Below the pieces are notes generated by a model. It was not told where the DNA came from and did no database searches. It worked only from the letters and a program-made list of their open reading frames with translations. A program made the position numbers and the translations under genes. Below, in pieces: positions 1-10,994 of a stretch of DNA of 64,000 bases. The first letter of the stretch is position 1. Each line of letters starts with the position of its first letter. Origin of the DNA: a candidate division FCPU426 bacterium (GTDB taxonomy: Bacteria > Oederibacteriota > Muellerivitia > Muellerivitales > Muellerivitaceae); NCBI GenBank assembly GCA_963771075.1, contig CAVYSE010000026.1, forward strand, positions 80,687 through 144,686, in the 5' to 3' direction.

Positions 1-16
1 CTACCAAATTTATTTC

Positions 17-763
17 TTGTCTGAGGTCGAGAATTTCTGCAAAGTTTTTTACAAGAGCAAGACCATGCAGGAAACCCGCGACCATGCCCAATTGAACGCC
101 TTCTTGGACCCGGCGGTGGAAAGGTTCAGGCAAAAAGAAGAGGAAACCCAAGAAATATTCAAGAAAGACCTAATCAGTTACCTGCGGCTTTATTCCTTCC
201 TCGCCCAAATCATGCCTTTCCAGGATTCGGATTTGGAAAAGCTTTATGCCTATGGCCGGTTTTTGCTCCTCAAACTTCCCAAACGAACTACCGAACGTTA
301 CGCCTTTGGAGATGAAGTGGCCTTGAAATATTACCGGTTACAAAAGACCATGGAAGGAAGCGTCGCTTTAATCGCCCATGAGGGTGGGATCGTCTATGGG
401 GCGGATGAGGTGGCTACGGGCCAAGAGAAGAATGAGAAGGTTGAGCTTTCCAAAATAATCGAAATATTGAATGAACGTTTTGGCACTGATTTCAAACCAG
501 CCGACGCCCTTTTCCTTGAGCAGGTGAAAGAAGATGCGATTGCGAATGAAGAATTGATGAAAGTCGCCCACGCTAATAACGACATCAATAATTTCGGCCT
601 TGTGTTCAAAAAGGTCTTGGAAGGCTTTTTCGTGGAACGCATGGACCAGAACCAGGAAATCTTTGAGAAGTTTATGGAGAACAACGAATTCCAGAAATTG
701 GTCACGGATTATTTGATGAAGCAAGTTTATGACGGTATTCGGACAAAAGAAAAAAGTATTTAA
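17..763 (+). CDS. hsdR: Type I restriction-modification R subunit, C-terminal part (gene begins upstream of the window)
   Basis: Segments YLRLYSFLAQIMPF-D-DLEKLY, KYYRLQK and LSKIIEILNERFGTDF resemble HsdR C-termini; recognised by eye, no search run. Confidence 0.75.
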   Translation: MSEVENFCKVFYKSKTMQETRDHAQLNAFLDPAVERFRQKEEETQEIFKKDLISYLRLYSFLAQIMPFQDSDLEKLYAYGRFLLLKLPKRTTERYAFGDEVALKYYRLQKTMEGSVALIAHEGGIVYGADEVATGQEKNEKVELSKIIEILNERFGTDFKPADALFLEQVKEDAIANEELMKVAHANNDINNFGLVFKKVLEGFFVERMDQNQEIFEKFMENNEFQKLVTDYLMKQVYDGIRTKEKSI

Positions 764-931
764 TCGAACTCGAATATTAAAAAGGGGTCGCCATTTTCCA
801 CTTTGCGAATAAATGAAATCCAAATTGAATCTTTTCGGGTAGTATTTCTATTCGTCTAAATTGAAAGATTAAAACCTATTCGGGCGGGTGTCCTATGCCA
901 TTCAAACCAAACCAGGGATACGGGACACTAC

Positions 932-3114
932 CTAAATTCTTTTCAAGCGGAAGAGCGCGCAATGGTAGGCCTCCGGCGAGGAGACGGGCTGGAACGATCG
1001 GGGAAGCCAGCCTTCCTTCATCAGGGTATCGGAATTGAACCTTTTCCCCTCTTCCTTTATCTCATAGTAGGAATCGGGTGCCAGGCCCCGGAGCTTGATC
1101 GGTTTCGCCGGGCCCTCCAAAGCCTTGATCTGGAATATAAAGAGAAGAGCTTCCTTCTGGTCCTGGCTGGTGAACATCCAGGAAGCGCGGGAAGAACCAT
1201 AGGGCGCCTCCAAACGATGGTAGTCACCGAACTGGACGATGGGCCGGATTTCCTTGTAAAGGGCGATATAGCCCGCCAGGTCCTCGCGCTCCCGAACGCT
1301 CCACTTGGAAATATCCGCTTCCACGCCCATGTTAGCCGACATGGCTAAAAGCGCCCTCCATTTCAGGGGGCTTTCCCTTTTGGCGATATGGCTGGGGGAG
1401 GAGCCGATATGGGAACCCTGGGTTACGGCGGGATAACCGTAGGTGGTGCCGTATTGGATGAAGAGCCGGTCCAGCCCATCCATGTTGTCCGAGGACCAGA
1501 TCTGGGGCTGGTAGCTCAGGATTCCCAGGTCAAAACGGGCGCCTCCTCCCGCGCAACCCTCGAAGAGGGTGTCGGGAAAACGGTGGTTGAAGCGTTCCAT
1601 CAACTCGTAGACACCCAGGCAATAGCGGTGGTAAACCTCGCCCTGGCGGCCGGGGGGAGCGCGGGGCTGCCCGCCTCGGTGAGGGCCCGGTTCATGTCCC
1701 ATTTCACGTAATCCACGCGCCCCTCGTCCAGGACCCGGCTGATGGTCTCGAAGAGATAGTCCCGGACCTCCCCGCGGGACATGTCCAACACCAACTGCCA
1801 ACGGGCGGTTTTGCGCTCCCGGTTCGGGACGTGCAGGCACCAATCGGGGTGCTTTTCGTAGAGCTCGCTCACCGGCGAGACCATTTCGGGCTCGATCCAA
1901 AGGCCGAACTTGAGGCCCAAGGCGTGGATCTCCCGGGCCAGACCCTGGATGCCCTGGGGCAATTTACGGGTGTCGGGAAACCAGTCCCCCAAAGAGCCGC
2001 TGTCCTTGTCCCTCTTGCCGAACCAACCGTCGTCCAGAACCATCATCTCGATTCCGGCCTGGACGGCGCTTTGGGCGATCCGCAGGATATCGTCCCGATT
2101 GAAATTGAAATAGGTAGCTTCCCAATTGTTCAAAAGGGTGGGGCGGGTCCGGGCGGCCCAATTACCCCGGCAAACGCGCTCCCGGATGAAGGGATGCAGG
2201 GCCTGGCTCAAGGGCGCGAAGCCCTTCGCCGAATAGGTGGTGACGCATTCGGGCGCGGTGAAGGTTTCCCCCGGCCCCAAGAACCACTTGAAGCCGAAAT
2301 CGTTCAAGCCCATGTTCAGCCTCAGCCAGCCCAGGTGATTGACCTCGGCTTCCAACAGCCAGTTGCCGCTATAGGCCAGTTGGAGGCCGTAAACCTCGCC
2401 GCTTTCCTCGTCCGCCCCGCCGCGGACCAACATTACGAAGGGGTTCATGTCATGGGAAGAGATGCCCCGGCGGCTTTCCAAGCGCAGGGTGCCTTGGAGG
2501 AGGGGTCGTTCCTGAAGCGTGCGTTCGCGGGCCCAGGCGCCGCCAAAGCTCACCATGCGGTATTCACCGGAGGGAAGGTCCAAACCCAGGGAAGCGAACT
2601 TCAAAACTTGAATGGATTGGTTCCCAGAATTCCGGATCCTGCTCCTGCGGACGAGGACATTGCGGTGGGGATAGAGGGTGTAGAAAAGGTCGATTTCCAG
2701 GCCGGTGGGCTTGTCGCCCAGGGTGACGCGCAGGGTTTGGGCCTTGTCTTCCGGCTCGGTGCGGGAAGAGGGGAGGCCGGGGAATTCCGGCTTGTGATCG
2801 GAGATATCGTGGGAGAGGTATTGGAATTCGGTGATCCGGGAACCGTCCGCCAATTCCACGATGAAAGCGGGACAGCGCAGGTCGTTATGGCCGAAATCGG
2901 CGAATTCCCGCCGAAGAAGGTCCAGGTTGGCGTTGGGACTGCGGTCTTGAATGGACCGCTCCCATTCCTCCAGCCGTTGATTTTCCTCAGCGTTGGAAAG
3001 GATGGCTCCCCAATGGAGGTGGCCCAGCCCGCCCAAGGGGTTGACGGCGAGGAGAAGGGTCGAATCCCTTGAGTCCAACCGGAAGGTCTGGGAGGCGGCA
3101 TTGAATTGGATCAT
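932..3114 (-). CDS. Alpha-galactosidase, GH36 (one frameshift near 1650)
   Basis: GH36 motifs LNNWEATYF, VLDDGWFG, FGLWIEPEM and DYVKWDMNR lie in ORF 1600-3114; FEGCAGGGARFD and QIWSSDNMD lie in ORF 932-1900. One extra G in the C/G run near 1650 joins SPALPP to GRQGEVYHRY. Confidence 0.9.
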
Positions 3115-3218
3115 GAAAACTCCAAGGGAACTTGTTTCGCGGGAGTGAATCCGTATTGTACGAGCTCCCTGATTTTAAGGCGCCCGAGACTTTAAGTTAC
3201 CAGAAAAGACGGGCGGAA

Positions 3219-3249
3219 TTAAATCGTTTTAGTTAAATTCGGGTATAAT
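3219..3249. promoter_or_regulatory. Candidate LacI-family operator (TTAAATCGTTTTAG) and -10 box TATAAT
   Basis: Imperfect palindrome at 3219-3232 with a central CG, between divergent genes; TATAAT at 3244-3249; similar sites at 5809 and 11027. Confidence 0.55.
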
Positions 3250-3285
3250 CCTGCCGACTCATTTTATCCGGGGCTGGAGGTATCG

Positions 3286-4590
3286 ATGAAACATCGTTTA
3301 GGAATCCTGGCTTGTTTGAGCTTGTTACTGGCGGCAGGCCTGGCAATGGGGCCGTTCCTGTCGGGCTGCGCCCATAACGGGAATAACCAGGGCGTGGTTC
3401 TCACCTGCATGGGTTGGGGCGGCGTGGAGGAGGCCAAGATCGTCCAGGCCGCGGTGGATGATTTCAAAAAGGCCCACCCCGGTGTCGAGGTCCAGCTCCA
3501 AAGGGCGCCCTACGGGGAATATATCCCCAAACTCCTGACCGAATTCGCCGCTGGGCTCGCCCCCGACGTGATCGCCATCAACGCCGAACAAATGATCACC
3601 TTTTCCTCCCGGGGAGTGTTCACGGACCTGAAGCCGTACGTGGATAAGGATCCGTCCGTTCAATTGACCGACTTTTACCCCGAGTCCATTGACCATTACA
3701 CGACCGGGGGCATCCTGACCGCGATCCCGAGGGATATCGCCCCCGTCGCGGTGATCTATTACAACAAGAACATGTTCGACGCGGCGGGACTGCCCTACCC
3801 CAAGGACAATTGGACCTACGACCAGTTCGCCCTGACCGCGCAGAAACTGACCCAAAAGAATGCCCAAGGCAAGACGGTCCAGTGGGGTTTCGTGGACGAC
3901 TACCCCACCTGGGACGCCTGGGTCTACGCGTTCGGGGGGGGCATGGCGGATAACGAGAAAACACCCACCCGGTGCGTCCTCGACTCGCCGGAGGCCATCG
4001 CGGGCGTCCAATTCCGCGCGGACCTCATTTACAAGTACGGATGTACTCCCGGCCCCAGCGCCTCCACCGCGATGGGAGGATTGGGGTTCTCGGACTATTT
4101 CATCAACGGCCAGACGGCCATGTTCTACAGCGGTATTTGGTTGACGCCCAAGTTCCGCGAGATCAAGAAGTTCGATTGGGACGTGGTGGAGTTTCCCGTC
4201 GGCCCCAACGGCCACCGGGGGTTCCCCCTCAGCGCCACGGGGTACGGGATCGTCAAGAACTGCAAGCACCCGGAATTGGCTTATGATTTGGTCAAATACC
4301 TGGCGGGGGAAGTCGGCGAGAAATACATGGCCTCCACCGGTTTGACCCAGCCGGCGATTAAGGCCCTGGCCCAATCCCCGGTTTTCCTGGATGGGCAAAC
4401 CCCCAAGTCGAAGGGATTCCTGGTGGACGCGGTAAAGGACGGCCATTTCCAGCCGCTGGACCCCAATGTCAGCGAGTGGAAATCCCACGTGGACGCGGCC
4501 CTGGACCGCGTTTGGAACGGCGAGGAGAAGGCGGACACGGCCTTGAAGAAAGCCGTGGCGGAGATCAACAAAAACTTTTTTAAGAAGTAA
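3286..4590 (+). CDS. ABC transporter sugar-binding lipoprotein
   Basis: Lipobox LSGC; motifs APDV, IYYNKNMFDAAGLPYP and FINGQTAMF typical of family 1 extracellular solute-binding proteins. Confidence 0.9.
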   Translation: MKHRLGILACLSLLLAAGLAMGPFLSGCAHNGNNQGVVLTCMGWGGVEEAKIVQAAVDDFKKAHPGVEVQLQRAPYGEYIPKLLTEFAAGLAPDVIAINAEQMITFSSRGVFTDLKPYVDKDPSVQLTDFYPESIDHYTTGGILTAIPRDIAPVAVIYYNKNMFDAAGLPYPKDNWTYDQFALTAQKLTQKNAQGKTVQWGFVDDYPTWDAWVYAFGGGMADNEKTPTRCVLDSPEAIAGVQFRADLIYKYGCTPGPSASTAMGGLGFSDYFINGQTAMFYSGIWLTPKFREIKKFDWDVVEFPVGPNGHRGFPLSATGYGIVKNCKHPELAYDLVKYLAGEVGEKYMASTGLTQPAIKALAQSPVFLDGQTPKSKGFLVDAVKDGHFQPLDPNVSEWKSHVDAALDRVWNGEEKADTALKKAVAEINKNFFKK

Positions 4591-4762
4591 CTCGACTTTG
4601 GCAATTCTGCGGATTACAGCCTGTTTCCCCCTCTGAAAGAGGGGGAACAAGGGGGAGTTAGCCTTTTAGTCCATGTTAGCAACGGCTAATACCCCCCTGC
4701 CCCCCTTTTTCAAAGGGGGAAGATAGTCCGCGACTAGCTTTTTGGAATTTGCCAAAGTTGAG
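4591..4762. repeat. Nested inverted-repeat (REP/MITE-like) element
   Basis: Outer arms CTCGACTTTGGCAATTC / GAATTTGCCAAAGTTGAG enclose the hairpins CCCCCTCTGAAAGAGGGGG and CCCCCTTTTTCAAAGGGGG. Confidence 0.6.
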
Positions 4763-4771
4763 AAGTGACAT

Positions 4772-4811
4772 AAAAAGACCCCGGCTCTCGAATGGCCGAG
4801 GTCTTTTTTTT
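4772..4811. terminator. Bidirectional intrinsic terminator
   Basis: AAAAAGACCCCGGC...GCCGAGGTCTTTTTTTT between convergent genes. Confidence 0.75.
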
Positions 4812-4826
4812 ACAGGGTATTTTGGA

Positions 4827-5753
4827 TCAGTAGCTGTTCTTCTTGATGAACCTCACGACTTCCCCAAAGTCGGCGGTGGCCAGGCAGACGCAGGTGTCGG
4901 CCGCGCCGTAGTAGACATCCAACCGGTTGGTCTTCCCGTCTAGGATAGCCGCGGTGGGGAACACCACGTTGGGCACGAACCCCGCCGTCTCATAAAGTTC
5001 GGTGGGGGCCATGAGGTAGCGTTTCGTACGGTATTTAACCTTCCAGGGCTCGTTCAGGTCCAAAATGGCCCCGCCCATCGAATAAACGAATCCGTTGCAG
5101 GTCGTGTGCACCCCGTGATAGATCACCACCCAACCGTCCTTGGTCTCAATGGGGGTCGGACCCGCGCCGACCTTGGTCATCTGCCAGCCGCTGGTGGCGC
5201 CGAACACGAACTCGTGATTGCCCCAGTTGACCAGGTCCGGGCTGGTGGCGTAAAAGACGTCGCCGAAGCGCGTGTGACCGTTGTCCGAGGGGCGGTGCAG
5301 GAGGGCGAACTTTCCCTTGATCTTGCGGGGGAAAAGGACCGCGTTGCGGTTATAGGGGAGAAGGATCGTCGAAACCTGGGTGAACTTCTTGAAATCCTTG
5401 GTCGTGGCCAGCCCGATGGAAGGCCCGGGGGTGGGGTAGTAGCACCAGGTGATGTAAAAGGTGTCCCCGATGCGGGTGATGCGGGGGTCGTAGCCCATGC
5501 CACAGGGAATATCCTTGGGGACCGCGCCGGTCAGCTTCATCCGTTCCGGCTGGATGTCCCAATGCAGGGCATCCTTGCTGAACCCCACGTGCAGCTGCTG
5601 GGTCATCTCCTGGTTGTCCGCGCGGAAAACCCCGGCGAACCCGTCCTTAAACTTGACCACCGCGCTGTTCATGATGACGTGGGCGCCGGGTATGGCCTCG
5701 GCGGTGATGATCGGATTTTGCGCGTAGCGTTTGAATACGGTTTCGTTAGCCAA
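4827..5753 (-). CDS. GH130 beta-mannoside/mannooligosaccharide phosphorylase
   Basis: Motifs YDPRIT, NRNAVLFPRKI, LHRPSD, KVGAGPTPIET, VPNVVFP and YYGAADT. Confidence 0.9.
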   Translation of the reverse strand: MANETVFKRYAQNPIITAEAIPGAHVIMNSAVVKFKDGFAGVFRADNQEMTQQLHVGFSKDALHWDIQPERMKLTGAVPKDIPCGMGYDPRITRIGDTFYITWCYYPTPGPSIGLATTKDFKKFTQVSTILLPYNRNAVLFPRKIKGKFALLHRPSDNGHTRFGDVFYATSPDLVNWGNHEFVFGATSGWQMTKVGAGPTPIETKDGWVVIYHGVHTTCNGFVYSMGGAILDLNEPWKVKYRTKRYLMAPTELYETAGFVPNVVFPTAAILDGKTNRLDVYYGAADTCVCLATADFGEVVRFIKKNSY

Positions 5754-5808
5754 ATGATTCCTCCAAGGGGAAGGACCCCGGACAAGGGGGCCGAAGTTTC
5801 AAAATCGA

Positions 5809-5822
5809 CTAAAAGGTTTTAA
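5809..5822. promoter_or_regulatory. Candidate LacI-family operator (CTAAAAGGTTTTAA)
   Basis: Palindrome between the divergent GH130 and GH2 genes, similar to the sites at 3219 and 11027. Confidence 0.5.
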
Positions 5823-5923
5823 CATTTTAGTAGCAAATCTTGAAAAACAAAGAAAATAGAACAAGCACCCCGGGATAAAGGCTGGTCTCAGCCCGCACAC
5901 CCGATTAACATAAACCCTTCTCC

Positions 5924-8527
5924 ATGAGAAAAGGGAGCTCAAACCAAGTGCCAAAACAGAACCTGGATGGAGCCTGGGAGTTCCGCGCGGCGGCACCCCT
6001 GGCCCCCAAGACTCCCCGAACCCTCCTCCTGAACCGATGGATGAAAGCCCGGATGCCGGGAACGATCCACTATCACCTCCAAAGACTTGGGAAAATACCC
6101 GATCCCTTTTACGCGCGTAATGAATTGGACCTGCAGTGGGTGGACCAACAGGATTGGGAAATCCGGAAATACATCCATGTTAAAGCGGAAGACTGCGCCA
6201 AGCCCCGGCGGGAGCTGATCTTCGATGGCATCGATACGGTCGCCGAGATTTTCCTGAACGACAGGAAAATAGGCCGGACGGCCAATATGTTCCGCCAGGT
6301 CGTTTGCGAGGCGGGAGGCTCCCTTCGCCCGGGAAAAAATGAAATCCGCGTCCTTTTCAAGAGCCCCACGGTTTACGCCCGCGCCCAGGCAAGGCATTAC
6401 CGCTACCGGGTCGATACGGACAAGGAATTTAAATGGGAAACGGGGGAAACCCGGGAAACCCGCCGCTCCTGGATCCGAAAGGTCCAGTGCCATTTCGGCT
6501 GGGATTGGGGGCTTTACCTGGCGGTCTGCGGCCTTTGGCTTTCCGCTCGGTTGGAATGCTCCGACCTTCCCCGAATTGCCGCCGTCCAAGTCCGACAAAA
6601 ACACGAGGGGCCGGTTGGAAAGCCCCGCCGGGTCCGGCTTTTCGTGAAAGCCGTCCTGGAATCCCCGGTTCCTTCCGAGGGGGTTTTGCGCGTCCGATGT
6701 GGAGGGCGGGAAGCCAAAGCCGAACTCCGGCTGTCGCCGGGTGAGAATAGCATCGAACAAACCCTGGAACTGGATTCGCCTGATCTTTGGTGGCCCGCGG
6801 GCCAGGGAAAGCAGACGCTCTATCCCCTTCAAACGGTTTGGGAGGGCCGGTCGGGCGAAACGACCGAGATGGAAAAAAAGATCGGTTTGAGGACCCTGGA
6901 ACTGATCCAAAAGCCGGACCGGTCGGGCGAGGCTTTTTATTTCAAGGTCAATGGCCGGCCCCTTTTCATGAAGGGCGCCAACTGGATCCCCCCCGATGCC
7001 CTGGTGGACCGTTGTACTCCCGGACTTTACCGCCACCTGCTGGGTTCCATGGTGGAAGCACACATGAATATGGTTCGTGTTTGGGGTGGGGGGTGGTACG
7101 AGCAGGATGTTTTTTACGGCCTGTGCGACGAGTTGGGATTGCTGGTCTGGCAGGATTTCATGATGGCTTGTGCGGTCTACCCCGACACAAGGGAGTTCAT
7201 CCATGAACTCACGCAGGAGGCCCGATACCAGGTCCGACGCCTTTCCAGCCACCCCTGCCTGGCCCTCTGGTGCGGGGATAACGAGAACCTAGCGGGTTTG
7301 CGCCATTGGTGGAAAGCCGGCGCCAAGGGCCGGAAAACCTACACCGCGATTTACCGCAAGGTGATGGGCGCCTTGCGGAGGACCTGCGAGTCGGAGGACC
7401 CTACGCGCCGGTTCTGGATCTCCAGCCCCTCCAACGGGACCACCCGGGGCGAACCGGACGATCCCCACCGGGGCGACGTGCACTACTGGAAGGTTTGGCA
7501 CGGAGGCAAGCCCTTCGAGGACTACCTGACCGTCAAACCCCGGTTCGCCTCCGAGTTCGGGTTCCAATCCTTTCCTGAGATCGCCACCCTGGCGCCCGTG
7601 ATTCCACCGGAAGAATGGAATTCCTCCAGCTGGGTCATGGAACACCACCAAAGGTCATACCGGGGGAACCTGCTGATCACCAATACGCTGGCGCGGGAAT
7701 TGCCGATCCCGAAGGATTTTGAGAGCTTTTGCCTAGCTTCCCAGGTTAACCAGGCCTTGGCCATCCGCACCGCGGTGGAACATTGGCGGCGCTTGAAGCC
7801 CCACTGCATGGGAACCCTCTACTGGCAGTTGAACGACCTTTGGCCGGTCGCTTCCTGGAGTTCCATCGATTACCGGGGGCGGTGGAAAGTGTTGCACCAC
7901 ATGGCTGAACGGTTTTTCGCGCCTCTGCTGGTTTCACTGGATACTTCCGGCGGGGAGGCGGCTGTTTGGGCCACCAGCGACCTTCCCCATGGCCTCAACC
8001 TTCACGGGGAATTGGAACTGCTGACTTGGAAAGGGAAAACCCTGCGCCGATTGCCCTTGCGCGGCCGGTTGAGGGCGGGGGAAAGCCGCAGGCTTTTGAA
8101 AATCCCCGTCCATCGCCTATTAAAGGAAGGAACGCACCCCCGGGAGGTTTTACTATTTGTCCGCCTGGGGGATGGAAAGATCAAGGCGGAAAACCACGCC
8201 CTCCTGGTTCCGTGGAAGTGGGCGCCCCAAACCAAGCCCCGATTAAAAGTTTTCCTTGAGCCCCGTCCGGCGGGATGGGAACTTTGGGTTCGAACGGACC
8301 GGGTGACCCCCTTCTTTCATGCTTCCCTGGAGGGTTGGGAAGGCCACTTTTCCGGAGATTTCCAAGTCCTCAGGCCGGGTCGAACCTATGTTTTTCCATG
8401 GATACCCCATTTCCCGGAAGGGAAGCCCTTGCCACCCTTGTTGGAAGCCCGCCAACGTTTGCGAACCCTGAGCTTTTACGATCTTTTCGATCATTTCCAT
8501 CCTGATCACCCCAAAGGGTCTCCCTGA
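5924..8527 (+). CDS. Beta-mannosidase, GH2
   Basis: Motifs FGWDWG, KGANWIP, NMVRVWGGG, WQDFM, WCGDNE, RFASEFGFQS and LYWQLNDLWP. Confidence 0.92.
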   Translation: MRKGSSNQVPKQNLDGAWEFRAAAPLAPKTPRTLLLNRWMKARMPGTIHYHLQRLGKIPDPFYARNELDLQWVDQQDWEIRKYIHVKAEDCAKPRRELIFDGIDTVAEIFLNDRKIGRTANMFRQVVCEAGGSLRPGKNEIRVLFKSPTVYARAQARHYRYRVDTDKEFKWETGETRETRRSWIRKVQCHFGWDWGLYLAVCGLWLSARLECSDLPRIAAVQVRQKHEGPVGKPRRVRLFVKAVLESPVPSEGVLRVRCGGREAKAELRLSPGENSIEQTLELDSPDLWWPAGQGKQTLYPLQTVWEGRSGETTEMEKKIGLRTLELIQKPDRSGEAFYFKVNGRPLFMKGANWIPPDALVDRCTPGLYRHLLGSMVEAHMNMVRVWGGGWYEQDVFYGLCDELGLLVWQDFMMACAVYPDTREFIHELTQEARYQVRRLSSHPCLALWCGDNENLAGLRHWWKAGAKGRKTYTAIYRKVMGALRRTCESEDPTRRFWISSPSNGTTRGEPDDPHRGDVHYWKVWHGGKPFEDYLTVKPRFASEFGFQSFPEIATLAPVIPPEEWNSSSWVMEHHQRSYRGNLLITNTLARELPIPKDFESFCLASQVNQALAIRTAVEHWRRLKPHCMGTLYWQLNDLWPVASWSSIDYRGRWKVLHHMAERFFAPLLVSLDTSGGEAAVWATSDLPHGLNLHGELELLTWKGKTLRRLPLRGRLRAGESRRLLKIPVHRLLKEGTHPREVLLFVRLGDGKIKAENHALLVPWKWAPQTKPRLKVFLEPRPAGWELWVRTDRVTPFFHASLEGWEGHFSGDFQVLRPGRTYVFPWIPHFPEGKPLPPLLEARQRLRTLSFYDLFDHFHPDHPKGSP

Positions 8528-8616
8528 GTTTAAACCGATTGCATTTTCTTTTTGATTTTGCTGTTTCAAAGTGAATAATTAGGCCCTGCGCCTTACTTTA
8601 AGAAAAAAATTGGAGG

Positions 8617-9702
8617 TTGCCTTTGTCCCCTGCCCCGTTGAACCAACCGGAGAAAATGGAAAGGCTGGATCCGTCCGATATGCTGGGAAAGGTGGTCAGT
8701 CTGCCGGGCCAGTTTTTGGACGCCCGCCGACGGGCCCAAGGCGGTCCCGCTTCGCGTTATCGTCCAAGGGGGATCCGGCAGGTGCTGGTGGCGGGTTTGG
8801 GGGGATCGGCCATCGGCGGGGACCTGTTGAAAGGGCTGACTTGGAAGAGCGCGTCTTTTTCCGTGGCGGTGAACCGCCATTATGATCTGCCCCGTTGGGC
8901 CGGTAAAGACACCTTGGTCGTATGTTCCAGCTATTCAGGCAACACCGAAGAAACACTTTCGGTGTTTCGCCAAACGCTCAAACGAAAACTCCCCCTGCTG
9001 GTCGTTTCCACCGGGGGTGAGCTTCTTCACCAGGCAAGGAAAAGAGGCCTGCCTTATTTAGCGCCTCCCGGCGGTCTACCGCCCCGGTCGGCCCTGGGTT
9101 ATTCCTTCATCACCCTCATGACCGCCCTGGAATCCATGGGCTTGATCGAATCCCAGGAAAAAGCATTTATCGAGACAGTGGAGTGGATGAACCGGCTCGC
9201 GGCGGGATATGGCCCCTATTCGCCCCTTGCCAACAACCCCGCCAAGCGCCTGGCCCGGTTTCTTCACCGGAAACTGCCGGTGATCTATGCGGGTCAGGAC
9301 CACCTTGAAAGCGTGGGGATGCGCTGGAAATGCCAGATCAACGAGAACGCAAAGCAAGTTTGCCTCAGCGGAGTGATCCCCGAGATGAACCATAATGAGG
9401 TGCTGGGCTATTCCTTTCCGGAAAGCCTCACCAAGGGGTCGGCGGTAGTCCTTTTGAGGCAGCCCAAAGGGGACCATCCCCAGATAGCGCGTCGTTTCGA
9501 CATCCTTGAGGGCATCCTGAAAAAACGGACCGCTGGGGTTTTATCGGCGGAACCACTCGGCAAGAGCCTATTGTGCCAGATGATGACCCTGGTCTATTTG
9601 GGCGATTTTGTGAGCGTGTACCTGGCCTATTTGAGGGGTGTGGATCCCACCCCCATCGCATTGATCGACCAATTCAAGAAAAACTTGTCGAAAAAGGCTT
9701 AA
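8617..9702 (+). CDS. Bifunctional phosphoglucose/phosphomannose isomerase
   Basis: SIS-domain motifs GLGGSAIGG, SYSGNTEET, RWKCQINENAK and PEMNHNE. Confidence 0.9.
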   Translation: MPLSPAPLNQPEKMERLDPSDMLGKVVSLPGQFLDARRRAQGGPASRYRPRGIRQVLVAGLGGSAIGGDLLKGLTWKSASFSVAVNRHYDLPRWAGKDTLVVCSSYSGNTEETLSVFRQTLKRKLPLLVVSTGGELLHQARKRGLPYLAPPGGLPPRSALGYSFITLMTALESMGLIESQEKAFIETVEWMNRLAAGYGPYSPLANNPAKRLARFLHRKLPVIYAGQDHLESVGMRWKCQINENAKQVCLSGVIPEMNHNEVLGYSFPESLTKGSAVVLLRQPKGDHPQIARRFDILEGILKKRTAGVLSAEPLGKSLLCQMMTLVYLGDFVSVYLAYLRGVDPTPIALIDQFKKNLSKKA

Positions 9703-9753
9703 AAACGAAATCATTCACATCAAAGGTGCGGAAAAGGGACGGAAATATTAAAG

Positions 9754-9848
9754 GGAACTATGCACTTGGCAAAGCTTGCCAGTAAACCTTCGCCCTCTCC
9801 CTCAAGGGGAGAGGGTTTGCTTTTAAGTTATGCCAAGTGCATAGTTCT
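9754..9848. repeat. Nested inverted-repeat element
   Basis: Arms GAACTATGCACTTGGCA / TGCCAAGTGCATAGTTC enclose the hairpin CCCTCTCCCTCAAGGGGAGAGGG. Confidence 0.65.
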
Positions 9849-9902
9849 GAAAAAATTCATCGCGCCTTTGCGGTATTGGTTTATTGATTTTCAGGAGAAT
9901 AA

Positions 9903-10943
9903 ATGAGAAACGTCACGATCAAGGATGTAGCCAAGGCGGCTGGCGTGTCTATTACCACCGTTTCCTTCGTGCTAAACCGCCGGCCGGATATGGTGATCAG
10001 CCAGGCGGTCCAGCGCAAGGTGATGGCGGCGGCGGAAAAACTGGATTACCATCCCAGCGCCCTGGCGGCGGGCCTGGCGGGGAAAAGGACGCGGAACCTG
10101 GGCGTGATCTTTTACCTGGAGGACCAGGTTATCGCCAACCTGTTCTATTCGTTCATCATCGAGGGAATCGTCAAGGAAACCCTCCTGAAGGGTTTCAATA
10201 TCTACTTTTCGTACGTGGAGTCCATTTACAAGGGTTACCCCAGCCTTCCCAAGATCGTGAGGGAAAAGAACGTGGACGGGATCTTGGTGATCGGGCCCTG
10301 CGACCCCAAAATGGCGGCTGATACCCGGAAGCGGAAAATTCCACTCGTGGCGATCGATAATTTCCCGGACCTGAAGGGGGTTGATTCTGTCCAAATCGAG
10401 AATCGCAAGGGTGGCACCCTGGCGGTGGAGCATCTCGCCAGGCTGGGCCATAAACAGATCGGAATTTTAGCGGGTGCTTTGGACCGGCCCAGCATCCGCG
10501 AGCGCCTGGCGGGGTGGAAATCCTCGCTGGTGAAAAACGGGATCGATCCCTCGAACGACCTTGTTTTCAAGGCCGACCAACTGACCTTTTGGGAGGGCTA
10601 CAGTAGGGCGAAGGAGATATTGACCCGCCGAAAGGACTTAACGGCCCTCTTTTGCGTGAACGACGAGATGTCGGCGGGGGTCCTTCGGGCGGCCCGCGAA
10701 TTGGGAAGAAGGGTTCCCCATGACCTGAGCGTGGTGGGCTTCGACAACATCACCATGAGCAACTATACCGACCCGCCCTTGACCACGATCAGTGTGGCCA
10801 AGGAATACATGGGAAAATTGGCGGTCAACCGGGTTCTGCAGTTGATTGATGGCGTGGACCCGGAACCTGTTCGATTGGAAGCTCCCGTCGAGTTGGTCAT
10901 CCGGGAATCGACTGCCAAGCCATCCTCCCGCTCGAAAGTTTAA
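9903..10943 (+). CDS. LacI-family transcriptional regulator
   Basis: N-terminal HTH VTIKDVAKAAGVSITTVSFVLN; C-terminal VPHDLSVVGFDN and PPLTTI. Confidence 0.95.
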   Translation: MRNVTIKDVAKAAGVSITTVSFVLNRRPDMVISQAVQRKVMAAAEKLDYHPSALAAGLAGKRTRNLGVIFYLEDQVIANLFYSFIIEGIVKETLLKGFNIYFSYVESIYKGYPSLPKIVREKNVDGILVIGPCDPKMAADTRKRKIPLVAIDNFPDLKGVDSVQIENRKGGTLAVEHLARLGHKQIGILAGALDRPSIRERLAGWKSSLVKNGIDPSNDLVFKADQLTFWEGYSRAKEILTRRKDLTALFCVNDEMSAGVLRAARELGRRVPHDLSVVGFDNITMSNYTDPPLTTISVAKEYMGKLAVNRVLQLIDGVDPEPVRLEAPVELVIRESTAKPSSRSKV

Positions 10944-10994
10944 GCGGAAATAAAATTGCGCGGGTGGGGTCGGAACCGGTACAAAAGGCAAAGA

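Noticed and set aside
1831..7252. Long opposite-strand ORFs (1831-3072, 3325-4650, 5939-7252)
   Set aside because: Antisense to well-supported genes in GC-rich DNA, with no recognisable motifs.
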